Assembly: GCA_038889075.1 (NCBI GenBank)
Contig: JAWAHS010000002.1
Coordinates: 204,930-268,929, forward strand
Length of the DNA stretch: 64,000 bases
DNA from: Ignisphaera sp.
GTDB taxonomy: Archaea; Thermoproteota; Thermoprotei_A; Sulfolobales; Ignisphaeraceae
Direction: 5' to 3'
The notes beneath the pieces are model-generated. The model searched no databases. It was not told the DNA's origin and saw nothing but the letters and a program-made list of their open reading frames with translations. A program made the translations under genes and the position numbers. Shown piece by piece: positions 51,376-61,779 of this stretch (its first letter is position 1; each line of letters begins with the position of its first letter).

Positions 51376-52179
51376 GTGTATATATTGAATGATCTTAGAG
51401 CTATACTTGAATCTCTAGCGAGAGGGGATATAGATGTTGAGGAAGCAGTAAGGAGAATTAGACTATTTGCCATAGAGAATATAGATGGTATTGTTAACTA
51501 TGATTTGGGGAGGTTTATTAGAAGAGATGTACCGGAGATAGTATTTGGTGAGGGTAAAGATACGGCAACCCTAGAGAGCATTATAAGGAAAATTACACCT
51601 ACCATTGGAAGGCTTATCATATCTAGGCTTAGAGATGATCAGATTGAATTTCTAAAAAATCTAGCAGTAAACGGGATAACAATTGATATAAATGATGTTG
51701 GCAGGATAGCTGTTGTAAGACTAGAGGGTACTAGGGTTCCAGAGTACGGTTGTAGAGTAGGTATTGTCACGGGAGGTACAGCAGATATAAGGGTGGCAGA
51801 GGAGGCAAAGACTATTGTTATGGAGATGGGATGCAGGGTCATAACACTGTATGATGTTGGAATCGCAGGACTCCATAGAGTATTAGAAGCGGTTAAAAGG
51901 CTTAAGGAAGAGGATGTTGATGTAGCGATAGTTGTAGCTGGTATGGAGGGAGCTCTGCCATCGATAGTTGCTTCACTATTAGATGTACCAGTTATTGGAG
52001 TACCTACATCTGTAGGCTATGGTATTGGTGGCGGTGGTGTATCTGCACTATACTCAATGTTACAAGCGTGTCCATTAGGTCTAGCTGTTGTAAATATAGA
52101 TAATGGAATAAATGCAGGTATTGTGGCAAGCTTAATCGGTAGAAGAGTCTCCCTATATAGGTCAAAGAGGCAACTATGA
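51376..52179 (+). CDS. larB: Nickel-pincer cofactor biosynthesis carboxylase/hydrolase
   Basis: PEIVFGEGK, GTAD..VAEEA, DVGIAGLHR, AGMEGALPS, PTSVGYG, VVNIDNG. Confidence 0.95.
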   Translation: MYILNDLRAILESLARGDIDVEEAVRRIRLFAIENIDGIVNYDLGRFIRRDVPEIVFGEGKDTATLESIIRKITPTIGRLIISRLRDDQIEFLKNLAVNGITIDINDVGRIAVVRLEGTRVPEYGCRVGIVTGGTADIRVAEEAKTIVMEMGCRVITLYDVGIAGLHRVLEAVKRLKEEDVDVAIVVAGMEGALPSIVASLLDVPVIGVPTSVGYGIGGGGVSALYSMLQACPLGLAVVNIDNGINAGIVASLIGRRVSLYRSKRQL

Positions 52180-52245
52180 TAAGAGTAGAAATGATACCAC
52201 ATATTTTAATATTTTATTTAAAAATTTAGGAAGGTGATGGTTTTA

Positions 52246-53280
52246 TTATCTTGTTATCGGTCTAATCTGTCTAACTATGTGGAGTACGGGTTTAGGTCTA
52301 TAAGGTTCTTCCATATACCTTATTTCATCGTCTGTAAGCTTTATTTTTAGCGCTTCGGTAGCCTCCTCAAGGTGTTCTACCTTACTCGTACCTATTATGG
52401 GGGCTGTAACACCTTTATGGAATAGCCAAGCTATTGCAATCTGGGTAGGGGTTACACCCTTATTCTTTGCTACTTCCATAACCCTCTTAACTATTTCAGC
52501 ATTCTCTGGAGGTTCTATATATGCCTTATATGCGTAGAATCCTATCTCAGGTCTCAAGCGATCGGGAGCATCAGGTCCTACTACAAGCTTTCCATCTCTA
52601 TAGTATTTACCTGAGAGCACTCCCACAGCTGTAGGGCTATATGCTAAATAGGCAATATTGTGTGCCATGCAAAATGGTATCATCTCTCTTTCCTCCTCCC
52701 TATAGAGTAGATTATACGGTGTTTGGGTACTTACAAACTTTTCATAACCTTTGGCCTCTGCTATGAAGAAGGCTTTAGCAAATTGCCATGTCCACATACT
52801 TGAAGCTCCAATATATCTCACCTTACCGTGGTGTACTAAATCTGTAAGTGTTGATAATGTTTCCTCGATAGGTGTTTCGTCGTCCCATCTATGGATCTGG
52901 TATAGGTCAACGTAATCGGTTCTGAGCCTACGTAGAGAATCGTTTATCTGTTTCATTACATGTTTCCTTGATAGCCCTCTATCATTAGGTTTATCGCTCA
53001 TTGGGAAGTAGACCTTTGTTGCTACAACAGCATCGTCTCTCCTACCCTGGAGAAACTCCCCTAAGATTTCCTCGGATTTACCCATAGAGTAGACGTTAGC
53101 AGTGTCAAAGAAGTTTATTCCCAGATCCCAAGCTCTATTCAAAACCTTGAAAGCTTCTTCCTTCCCAACAATCCATCCACCACCACCATATGGTTGCAGC
53201 CTAGGGTCGCCAAAAGACATTGTACCTAAGCATATTCTCGAAACTTTGAGACCGGACCATCCAAGACGTACGTATTCCAT
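52246..53280 (-). CDS. Aldo/keto reductase (YajO/Tas-like)
   Basis: GLKVSRICLGTM, FFDTANVYS.G.SEE, DLYQIHRWD, YIGASSM. Confidence 0.92.
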   Translation of the reverse strand: MEYVRLGWSGLKVSRICLGTMSFGDPRLQPYGGGGWIVGKEEAFKVLNRAWDLGINFFDTANVYSMGKSEEILGEFLQGRRDDAVVATKVYFPMSDKPNDRGLSRKHVMKQINDSLRRLRTDYVDLYQIHRWDDETPIEETLSTLTDLVHHGKVRYIGASSMWTWQFAKAFFIAEAKGYEKFVSTQTPYNLLYREEEREMIPFCMAHNIAYLAYSPTAVGVLSGKYYRDGKLVVGPDAPDRLRPEIGFYAYKAYIEPPENAEIVKRVMEVAKNKGVTPTQIAIAWLFHKGVTAPIIGTSKVEHLEEATEALKIKLTDDEIRYMEEPYRPKPVLHIVRQIRPITR

Positions 53281-53741
53281 GATAGTACACCATAATGTAT
53301 ACCTAGATCATTTAAATTTAAAATCTTTTGTGTGCTATTGCTATAAAAATAGTGCAATTATATAATCGTACCTATTATACTACTGCTTTACATTGATATG
53401 ACTCTATTATTTGATTAATCTAGAACATTTTAGTTGTATTGAAATAGTATCTATCGCCGTCCCTAATTTAAGTAATCTTTAAACTTATACATTTCTTGCA
53501 AGATTAGCATTACCATGTAGATAGATCGTTACCGTGGATAGCAAATTATTAAGGCATCCTACTATGATGTTCAACTGTATAAACCTTTCAAATTAGATAA
53601 CGGTTTTACGTATGGCTACGTAAACTGTTTTAGAGGTAGTGATTGTATGGATTCCACAGCTTTAGTGTAAACATAGATACTCTTATTAGCTATACTGATC
53701 ATAACACGTAGCTGTACATACTAGCTAAATGGTGTAAAGCT

Positions 53742-55019
53742 ATGGGGAAAATTGTCATAGTAGATCCAAGTGTGGCTGGCATCTCAGGAGATATGTTCCT
53801 CTCATCCTTAATTTCATTAGGAGCTGATGAAAGGAGCATTAAAGATCTCGGAGATACAGTATTGAGGTGTATCGATGGAGTATCCCATATAGAGATAGGG
53901 TTTACTGATGTTATTAGAGGTGGAGTAAAGGCTAAGAAACTTGAGGTAAAAATCGAGGAAGAACATACCCATAGGCGTGGTGCTGAACTAATCAGAGCAA
54001 TAGAGTGTATAGCAAAGGGGGTGGAGCTCGGTGAAGAAGCTCTCAGATTTTCTTTCAATACTCTAAAAATGCTTCTAGAGATCGAGGCGTATGTTCACGG
54101 TAGGGATATGAATGAGATTGAGCTTCACGAAATTGGTTCAGTGGATACCATTATAGATATTGTTGGATCGGCTCTGGCACTTCAAAGTCTCAACCTGTTC
54201 AATGCATACACTATTTCAATGCCCGTCGCCCTTGGAGGAGGATATGTAAAGTTCTCCCATGGAGTATATCCAGTACCAGCACCAGCAACCATAGAAATAC
54301 TCAAGAGAGGTAAAGCTATAGTTGTTGGAGGAATGGTGAATGGAGAACTCACAACTCCAACCGGTGCTGCCCTACTCACAAACTTTGTTAAAAAATTCGA
54401 TTACCGATATCCACTGTTTGAATTAGAGGCGATAGGATATGGTGCAGGTGAAAAGAACTTTGATGCTATACCAAATATATTGAGGATCGTCACTGGAAGG
54501 AAGATTGATGAAGTAATAAACTATAGAATTGAAGATATAGTAGTTCTCGAAACCGATATCGATGATACTACAGGTGAAGTTGTAGGCTATACCTTTGAAA
54601 AACTGTTGAATTCTGGCGCAAGGGATGTCTCTATAATTCCTATATACATGAAGAAGAATAGACCAGGGTATACAGTAAGGGTCATAGCTGATATGAAAAA
54701 CTATAAAGAGTTAGCAAGAATTCTAATAGAAGAGACAGGAACTCTTGGAGTTAGGTACAGTGTATATAGCAGGATAGCTGTTCCAGATAGAGAAATAGTT
54801 CCGATAGAGCTGGAGATCAACGGGCACAAAAGGAAGATCATGTTAAAAATTAGCAGAGATGGAAGAGGTAATATAGTAAATGTAAAACCGGAATATGAAA
54901 GCGTGAAAGAAGTTGCACATGAACTTGGAATATCACTAAGAGAAGTTTTAAATATTGTGTATAGAACAATAGATAGAATAACGCAATCAAAATCGCAAGA
55001 CAACAAACTTCAAACATAA
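53742..55019 (+). CDS. larC: Nickel insertase of the nickel-pincer cofactor
   Basis: GISGDM, HEIGSVDTIIDIVG, HG.YPVPAPAT, ELTTPTGAA, ETDIDD, MKKNRPG, ETGTLGVR, KPEYE; full-length in one frame. Confidence 0.95.
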   Translation: MGKIVIVDPSVAGISGDMFLSSLISLGADERSIKDLGDTVLRCIDGVSHIEIGFTDVIRGGVKAKKLEVKIEEEHTHRRGAELIRAIECIAKGVELGEEALRFSFNTLKMLLEIEAYVHGRDMNEIELHEIGSVDTIIDIVGSALALQSLNLFNAYTISMPVALGGGYVKFSHGVYPVPAPATIEILKRGKAIVVGGMVNGELTTPTGAALLTNFVKKFDYRYPLFELEAIGYGAGEKNFDAIPNILRIVTGRKIDEVINYRIEDIVVLETDIDDTTGEVVGYTFEKLLNSGARDVSIIPIYMKKNRPGYTVRVIADMKNYKELARILIEETGTLGVRYSVYSRIAVPDREIVPIELEINGHKRKIMLKISRDGRGNIVNVKPEYESVKEVAHELGISLREVLNIVYRTIDRITQSKSQDNKLQT

Positions 55020-55111
55020 ATATGGAATAGACTCTATTACTGATAACAGCGAATGTTCCATACCCTTCCATCTCTAAATATGTAACCCTTGGTATCACCT
55101 TAATACGGACT

Positions 55112-55187
55112 GTTTCTCAGTAGATGGCGGTTCATCTATTCATATCAATTTTCAGTCTCTCCACCATTTGCTTCTTAACGGTATCTC
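55112..55187. repeat. Dispersed repeat, probable IS-end remnant (copy A)
   Basis: Shares GTTTCT..GTAGATGGCGGTTCA and CTCCACCATYTGCTTCTYAAYGGT with 58059-58133. Confidence 0.75.
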
Positions 55188-55482
55188 TTGAGTGAGCTAC
55201 AAGAGCTCCTTCAGCTCCTGTCACTATGGAGGTTTCACCTACTCCTCATATATTCAAGAGACACTAGCAGATATATGGGTCCTGGGGATTTACTAGACAC
55301 AGAGATCCGCAAGAACTATAAACATATCCCTGGAAAATCAGAGAAGAAAAGCCCAAGTCATATACATTTAAAAATTTACACGTATCTTCTTATATATCGT
55401 TTTTACGAATCTGGATATAGATGTACTGACCTCATCAATAACTAAAAGACTTTTTATGTTATGCAGTTTACAATAATGTGGT

Positions 55483-56586
55483 GTGCTAAATATGCTGTTC
55501 TGTTGCAATAGTTGTGGTACAGTGTACAAATCCGAGGATGTTTTACATGGTTTTAGATGCCGTGTATGTGGTGCTCCCCTTGAGATATGCAATTTTATTG
55601 GAAATTGGCATCCTAGAGGATTTGGATTATCGAGATACCAGTCAATGCTTCCCCTAAAGCTTGTAAAGAGCTTAGGGGAAGGTTCAACACCAATAGTATC
55701 TGCGGAGCTATATGGTGTTAAGGTTTACTTTAAGTTGGAGTATCTAAATCCTAGTGGAAGTTTTAAGGATCGAGGTTCAGCTGTTTCATTATCCCATGCA
55801 TTTTCGGTTAAAGCCTTATGTTCCATTGAGGATTCATCAGGGAATGCAGGTTTTTCAGTAGCACTATATTCAAGGGTATTAGGTATAGAGCCGTATATAG
55901 TAGTGCCATCGAGTATTGCGTATGGAAAGAGGTTAGCTATAGAAGTAGTTGGAGGAAATATTGTAGAGGTTTCCAGTAGAGAGGAAGCATCAGATGTAGC
56001 TAAGAAGATCTCACTAGAGAAAAACTGCTACTATATTGACCATCTTTCAAGCCCACTCTATATTGAGGGGTACAAAACAATATCATATGAAGTATTTGAA
56101 GAGATAGGGGAAGTCGATGCTATAATATCACCCGTAGGGTCTGGTGGACTATTCATAGGTATATATAGAGGCTTTAGTAAACTTTATGAAATGGGGTTAA
56201 TCAAGAAGAAGCCTAGAATGATTGCTGTTCAAGGAGTGGATGTAGCACCCGTATATGAGAGATTATATGGCTTTAAATATCTAGATGGAACTTCTTCATT
56301 AGCAGATGGTATAAGAATAGCATCACCTCCGAGAATAGATGAGGTTGTTAAAATCATTATAGAGAGCAAAGGTACGGTGGTGCTAGTCAATGATAGCGAG
56401 ATCATATCATCTATTAAAGAATTGATAGATATGGGGTTCATAGTAGAGCCGACGTCAGCTACGGCATATGCAGCATTGAAAAAGCTTATAGGAAAATTAA
56501 TGGAGATGGGCGCAGAAACTATAGTTATTCCATTAACTGGTGCAGGCATAAAAATGTTGCAACAACTCAAGCAACTATTAAGGTGA
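55483..56586 (+). CDS. Threonine-synthase-like PLP enzyme with N-terminal Zn ribbon
   Basis: CxxC..CxxC, SLGEGSTP, NPSGSFKDRGS, SSGNAG, PVGSGG, VEPTSA, LTG.G.K. Confidence 0.85.
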   Translation: MLNMLFCCNSCGTVYKSEDVLHGFRCRVCGAPLEICNFIGNWHPRGFGLSRYQSMLPLKLVKSLGEGSTPIVSAELYGVKVYFKLEYLNPSGSFKDRGSAVSLSHAFSVKALCSIEDSSGNAGFSVALYSRVLGIEPYIVVPSSIAYGKRLAIEVVGGNIVEVSSREEASDVAKKISLEKNCYYIDHLSSPLYIEGYKTISYEVFEEIGEVDAIISPVGSGGLFIGIYRGFSKLYEMGLIKKKPRMIAVQGVDVAPVYERLYGFKYLDGTSSLADGIRIASPPRIDEVVKIIIESKGTVVLVNDSEIISSIKELIDMGFIVEPTSATAYAALKKLIGKLMEMGAETIVIPLTGAGIKMLQQLKQLLR

Positions 56587-56749
56587 TAATAGAAAAAGTT
56601 GGATGTAGTATTACGGATTTGCCATAAAAATTCGATACTAAGGTGTAGTGGGGAAACTTCAATACCTAGATTACGATACTATTTATAGTTACAGAATGCT
56701 GAGTAATAGATAGGATTAAAAGATATTGAATGTACTGTGCTAGTCGATA

Positions 56750-57934
56750 TTATATTCTATTAAATACTATATATCCATCGATTATTGTCATAACAACTTC
56801 TAGCTCTCTATTTAACACAACTAGGTCGGCTCTATATCCAGGTCTAATTAATCCTATTCTTTCTCTTTCTACGGCACCTATAGATGCTGCAGGGTTTGTG
56901 CTTACCATTCTAAACGCGTCTCCTATGCTATATCCAAGAGAGATAATATTTCTAAATGCTCTATCCATTGTTAGAGTGCTTCCAGCTAGACCACCACCTT
57001 CCGCAAGCTTTGATATTCCATTTTCTACTTTAATTTTTAAGCCACCGAGTTCGTAGATGCCATCAGGCATGCCAGTAGCTGATACAGCATCTGTTATAAG
57101 GATGATTCTATCAACTCCAGCATAATCTATTGTGAACTTTAGCATTTCTCTTGACACATGGATTAGATCAGCTATTAGCTCTATGTATACAGTCGGGGTA
57201 GAGAGTAGGGCTATGACAACGCCTGGTTCTCTGTGGTGTACCTCTCTCATACCATTATATAGATGTGTAGCCTTTGAAGCACCAGCTAAAATAGCTTGAA
57301 CAGTTTCTCTATATGTTGCATCTGTATGGCCTATCTGAACAGCTATATCCATTTTGGAGACCATTTGTATAAAATCGATGGCCCCTTCAATTTCGGGAGC
57401 GATGGTTACTTCTCTTATGAGACCTCTGCATATACTATAGTATTCTTTGAATTCCTCTATACATGGGCTCCTTATGAACTGCTTATTTTGGGCACCGGCA
57501 CGCTTACTACTTATATATGGACCCTCCAGATGGAGTCCTAGAAGTCTAGAGCCAACTAAGGGCGTCCATTGACTATAGGCTTCTACAAATGCTTTGCAGA
57601 CCTCGATGATAGTGTTATGCGGAGCGGTTACAGTTGTTGGTATAAAGCTCGTTACACCATATCTTGAAAGGGCTCTGGACATGGATAGAAAAGAGCTTGG
57701 CCTAGCATCCATAACATCCACTCCTAGAATACCATGTATATGGGTATCTATAAAACCAGGACCAACTACATAATTATGTAAATCAATTGCTTTCATATCC
57801 GTGGAAGCACAGGGCTCCATGTCAACTTCAGAGATGTATCCATCTTCAATGTATATACAGCCCCTATCAATCGTAAAATACGGTGTGTATATGGTGACAT
57901 TTCTTAAAACATATCTATTCAATGCTTTCACCAA
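56750..57934 (-). CDS. nagA: N-acetylglucosamine-6-phosphate deacetylase
   Basis: PGFIDTHIHG, HLEGPY, APE, GHT, THLYNGM, D.IHV, TDA, LAGSTLTM. Confidence 0.95.
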   Translation of the reverse strand: MVKALNRYVLRNVTIYTPYFTIDRGCIYIEDGYISEVDMEPCASTDMKAIDLHNYVVGPGFIDTHIHGILGVDVMDARPSSFLSMSRALSRYGVTSFIPTTVTAPHNTIIEVCKAFVEAYSQWTPLVGSRLLGLHLEGPYISSKRAGAQNKQFIRSPCIEEFKEYYSICRGLIREVTIAPEIEGAIDFIQMVSKMDIAVQIGHTDATYRETVQAILAGASKATHLYNGMREVHHREPGVVIALLSTPTVYIELIADLIHVSREMLKFTIDYAGVDRIILITDAVSATGMPDGIYELGGLKIKVENGISKLAEGGGLAGSTLTMDRAFRNIISLGYSIGDAFRMVSTNPAASIGAVERERIGLIRPGYRADLVVLNRELEVVMTIIDGYIVFNRI

Positions 57935-58058
57935 AACACTGTGCTACCTAGTTGTCTCTCTTCATATTATACCATGTTAAGAAACGGAATATAAATTTCC
58001 AATGAAATATCAGCATCCTATGGTAACGTATATTAAAGTTATGCAGAGAAAGCAGATC

Positions 58059-58133
58059 GTTTCTAGGTAGATGGCGGTTCACAGATTTTCATTTTCTGAT
58101 ATCCAGCTTCTCCACCATCTGCTTCTCAATGGT
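58059..58133. repeat. Dispersed repeat, probable IS-end remnant (copy B)
   Basis: Two conserved blocks shared with 55112-55187, in the same orientation. Confidence 0.75.
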
Positions 58134-58434
58134 TCTTCTCTTCTCCAATCTATTCTGTAGAAGCTTCTCAGACTCTCTTACTAGAGGCTTTATACAATTC
58201 CACTTGGCTAAGCCAGGTACAGAGTGATTCATTTCGCTAAGCTCATTAAGCCTATCCCTTTCCCCTAATACTGGTAAAATCTTATAGAACTTTCACTAGA
58301 AATCTGTAAAGACCGTGAACAGCTCTTCTAAAATTAGAAAGAAAACAGCTATTGACAGAATTGAAATAGCTATGTAGAGAGATAATTATCGCTATTCTAA
58401 TTCTTCATTTAAATTTATTTTCAGGGTATAGTTT

Positions 58435-59661
58435 TTGGAGTTGTTAGCGATAAAAATGGTAGCTACATTAATACTGTTTTTAATCTCAATTGCAATTGCA
58501 TTTATACTTATCGTTAGGAAGTTCAATATAGCATTAGCATTGGGATTAGCGTTGCTTATCTATTCTCTGCCTCTCCTTGGATCAGATACTGTGAAGGTTT
58601 TTGTGGAAACTTTTACTAGAACTCTTTTAGAGACAATAGCGTCCCTTGTGCTAGCTATGTTTCTAGCCGATCTATATAGATCAACATATATAGCAGATAG
58701 TGTTGTAAAATCTTTAGAGATGCTGAGCCCAAGAGTTGCAGCAATCTCCATACCAGCAATAATTGGGCTTCTTCCAATGCCAGCAGGAGCATACATTTCA
58801 GCAACTATAATAAATCCCCTGTATACGGAGTGTAGGTTAACCTCGCAAGAGAAAACATTCTTAAACTACTGGTTTAGACATATATGGGTTACTATATGGC
58901 CTCTATACCAATCAATAATACTAGCCTCAGCTATACTTAATATGAGCTTTGATGCAATTATACTCCACAACTGGCCGATATTCATAGCCTCTATATTTAG
59001 CGGTATTATTGTATCGAGGACAATCATATACAGGATTAACAGTAATTGCATAGGATGTAGAGACAGGGATTTTAAGGGTTTAGTGCATCTGTGGCCATTT
59101 ATGGCTATAGTTATAATGTCAATGGTGCTAAAACTGTCGCTACCACTAACCCTAGCCATAATAATCATGATGCTTATAGCTGTCTACAGACCATCGATGG
59201 ACATGATTAAAAGTAGTTTTAGATACTCTCTAGATCCAACGATAATAACCCTTATAATTGAGTCAATGATTTTTAGTAGAACAATAGTGGAGACGGGGTT
59301 GGCACATCAGCTAGCAGTATATCTAGCACCATACGCAGATATAGCCGTATTTATGATACCATTTATAATGGTTACTGCAACAGGATTTGAATTCACATTT
59401 GTAACCATTGCATTTCCAGCAGTATTACCTCTACTTACGGACTATAGAATAACACTAGCGTTCCTGGGAGGTTATATGGGTGCCATGCTTTCACCTGCAC
59501 ATGCATGCTTTGTACTTACAGCAAAATTCTTTAGATCAGATCTGGGGAGTGTGTATAGGCGATACCTCATTTTAGCAGCAGGTCTGACTATAGCAATAGT
59601 TATTGCTATAGTTGCTATTATAAACAGTACGATATTTTATTTGCAGAAACTAGAAGTATAG
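58435..59661 (+). CDS. DUF401-family integral membrane protein
   Basis: PAIIGLLPMPAGA..SA, NYWFRH, WPLY, SPAHAC motifs. Confidence 0.8.
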   Translation: MELLAIKMVATLILFLISIAIAFILIVRKFNIALALGLALLIYSLPLLGSDTVKVFVETFTRTLLETIASLVLAMFLADLYRSTYIADSVVKSLEMLSPRVAAISIPAIIGLLPMPAGAYISATIINPLYTECRLTSQEKTFLNYWFRHIWVTIWPLYQSIILASAILNMSFDAIILHNWPIFIASIFSGIIVSRTIIYRINSNCIGCRDRDFKGLVHLWPFMAIVIMSMVLKLSLPLTLAIIIMMLIAVYRPSMDMIKSSFRYSLDPTIITLIIESMIFSRTIVETGLAHQLAVYLAPYADIAVFMIPFIMVTATGFEFTFVTIAFPAVLPLLTDYRITLAFLGGYMGAMLSPAHACFVLTAKFFRSDLGSVYRRYLILAAGLTIAIVIAIVAIINSTIFYLQKLEV

Positions 59662-59717
59662 GAAGACGTTCTTTAGGTAGATCAGTGATATAGATATGAA
59701 AAAGTGTAGATTGGTTA

Positions 59718-60368
59718 CTATATTTGGATCGCTCCTGAAGATATTTTGCTCTCTATACTTCTAGTTTCTACAAATGTTAGTATCCAAGCAATGAACTGTG
59801 TTATTCCTATAAATATGCCTATTATCAATAGTATTGCAGCTACCAGAAATATCGTTGAGTTGAATACATCTTTAAGCTTGAAGAAGTATATTATGTTCCC
59901 TATATAGCCTATTAGGAAGAGTATCCCACCTATAACAGCGATTGCTAAGCCACCGAATGCAATACCAAGGTTTAGCGAAACTGCACCGGCAATTATAGCT
60001 AATAGCGCTAAAATAAGTATAGCGACTCCCCAGATATAACCTATTCTTAGAAGCTTTGATGCAGTTGAAAATTCCGTAGGTCTCCATGTAGCAAACTGCT
60101 TTGCGGATGGAAGTAGAAATACATACACACCTACAACAATTAGTACTAGTCCGATTAAGATCGCTACAAGAACCCCTGCTCCCATGGTAAGCATGGCTAC
60201 TATGTTAAATGTGAATAGGGTAGTCAGTAGTGAAAGGGATGAAGCTACAGTAATTAGAGTAGCGATCACCAGTAGTAGTGAGGCAATCCTTAGCTTGCTT
60301 AGAGCACTTAGTACTTCCTCCCTCTGTTTTAGAGTAGGTACTGCTTCCGTCACAGTACCTTTCCCCAA
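59718..60368 (-). CDS. Multi-pass membrane protein (DUF973/DUF996-like)
   Basis: Five to six TM helices; IGGILFLIGYIG...F.VAAILLII pattern. Confidence 0.6.
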   Translation of the reverse strand: MGKGTVTEAVPTLKQREEVLSALSKLRIASLLLVIATLITVASSLSLLTTLFTFNIVAMLTMGAGVLVAILIGLVLIVVGVYVFLLPSAKQFATWRPTEFSTASKLLRIGYIWGVAILILALLAIIAGAVSLNLGIAFGGLAIAVIGGILFLIGYIGNIIYFFKLKDVFNSTIFLVAAILLIIGIFIGITQFIAWILTFVETRSIESKISSGAIQI

Positions 60369-60491
60369 ATTTTAGATTCGCATCCCCTATTTATAATTCT
60401 TTCTCTCAGTATATCACTTCAGAGCTTCTATATGGAGGAGCATATATATTTAAAATCGATGATCATTGTACAGGATGCTGAGTACTATTGA

Positions 60492-61706
60492 ATGGTGAAG
60501 GTCGGATCTGCAATGCTGAGTCATAGGACATACGTAGGTGTAATGGTAGCTATGCTTATTGCTACTACAGTAGGTTCGCTCTCTGTATTTGTTATAGGAA
60601 CAGTTGCAAGGCCTATTATGGATGATCTAGAGTTGGGCTACGGCACCATGGGTGTGGTAATATCTATGCAGAGAGTAGCATCAACATTGACAGCACCTTT
60701 CATAGGATATGCAATAGATCGGATAGGACCCTTCAAAGTGCTTACTATAGCTATGGTTTTTTCAACTTTTTCACTGTTTCTAACACCATTATCTAGCAAA
60801 TTGTGGATGCTTTTATTAACAAGGATAATAGCTGGACTAGTCTTTCCTGCATACTGGCCCTCGTGCACAAAGATAGCGGCAGTCTCTATACCGAAAAATA
60901 GAATAGGATTTGCTACAGCAGTGTTTGAATCGGGTTCCGTTATTGGTGTTGTACTGACGTATATACTGATACCATATGCAAGATCGTGGAGGTTTCTATT
61001 CATTATAGTAGCCGTGATAGCTCTACTTTCACTCATTATGGTATCACTGCTACTGCCGAGAAATCCAAAGGTTGAGTATAGGTATTTAGAGAGGAACCGA
61101 GGCAGCGTGGTTAAGGATATAGGATACAGTAAACTATTTAGAAACACTATTATAATATTCTTTGCATTTCTGTTTGCCCTTCAGCCTTGGGCTTTCTATA
61201 CGTCATGGCTTTCAACCTTCTTGGTAGAGAAATTTGTAGTCGAATTAGAGGATATCTGGATTCCCATATCGATATTCCTAGTGATTGGAATGGCATTTGG
61301 TATACTATCGTCAATCCTATCTGATAAAATACATAGTTTAAAGGGAAGAAAGACTATTCTTGTCCTTACCTTGGTAGCCACATCCATAGCATTATTCATG
61401 CTTACAGTAGTAGAGCCTGGTATATACACATGGATTTTCTTAGCAGTATCGATCATTTCACATAGAACATTTCTACCACTTGCATGGACAATAATAAACG
61501 ATACAACACCAGATAAATTTGTAGGATTAGTAAGTGGTGTAAATGCTCTAGCAGGACAGATATCCATGATGATAACGCCGATTATAATAGCGTATACTAG
61601 AGAGAGCCTAGGAACATTTAACATCTCCATATTAGTGCTATCAATATTTACAGCGACATCCATACCTCTATATCTACAGCTAAAACGCATTGAGACAACA
61701 CAATAG
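60492..61706 (+). CDS. MFS transporter
   Basis: GYAIDRIGP motif A, about 12 TM segments, SDK motif in the second half. Confidence 0.88.
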   Translation: MVKVGSAMLSHRTYVGVMVAMLIATTVGSLSVFVIGTVARPIMDDLELGYGTMGVVISMQRVASTLTAPFIGYAIDRIGPFKVLTIAMVFSTFSLFLTPLSSKLWMLLLTRIIAGLVFPAYWPSCTKIAAVSIPKNRIGFATAVFESGSVIGVVLTYILIPYARSWRFLFIIVAVIALLSLIMVSLLLPRNPKVEYRYLERNRGSVVKDIGYSKLFRNTIIIFFAFLFALQPWAFYTSWLSTFLVEKFVVELEDIWIPISIFLVIGMAFGILSSILSDKIHSLKGRKTILVLTLVATSIALFMLTVVEPGIYTWIFLAVSIISHRTFLPLAWTIINDTTPDKFVGLVSGVNALAGQISMMITPIIIAYTRESLGTFNISILVLSIFTATSIPLYLQLKRIETTQ

Positions 61707-61779
61707 CTGTTTAAAACAATAAGTTTTTAAATACTGTCATAATATCTCCTAACTATTTTAAAGATGAGGTGTTACCAAT

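Noticed and set aside
55188-55445. 85-aa ORF beside repeat copy A
   Set aside because: No recognisable protein features; probably element debris.
60457-60520. Possible C/D box sRNA (GATGATCA...CTGA...CTGA)
   Set aside because: C and C' boxes deviate from consensus, it overlaps the MFS start, and no target was recognised.
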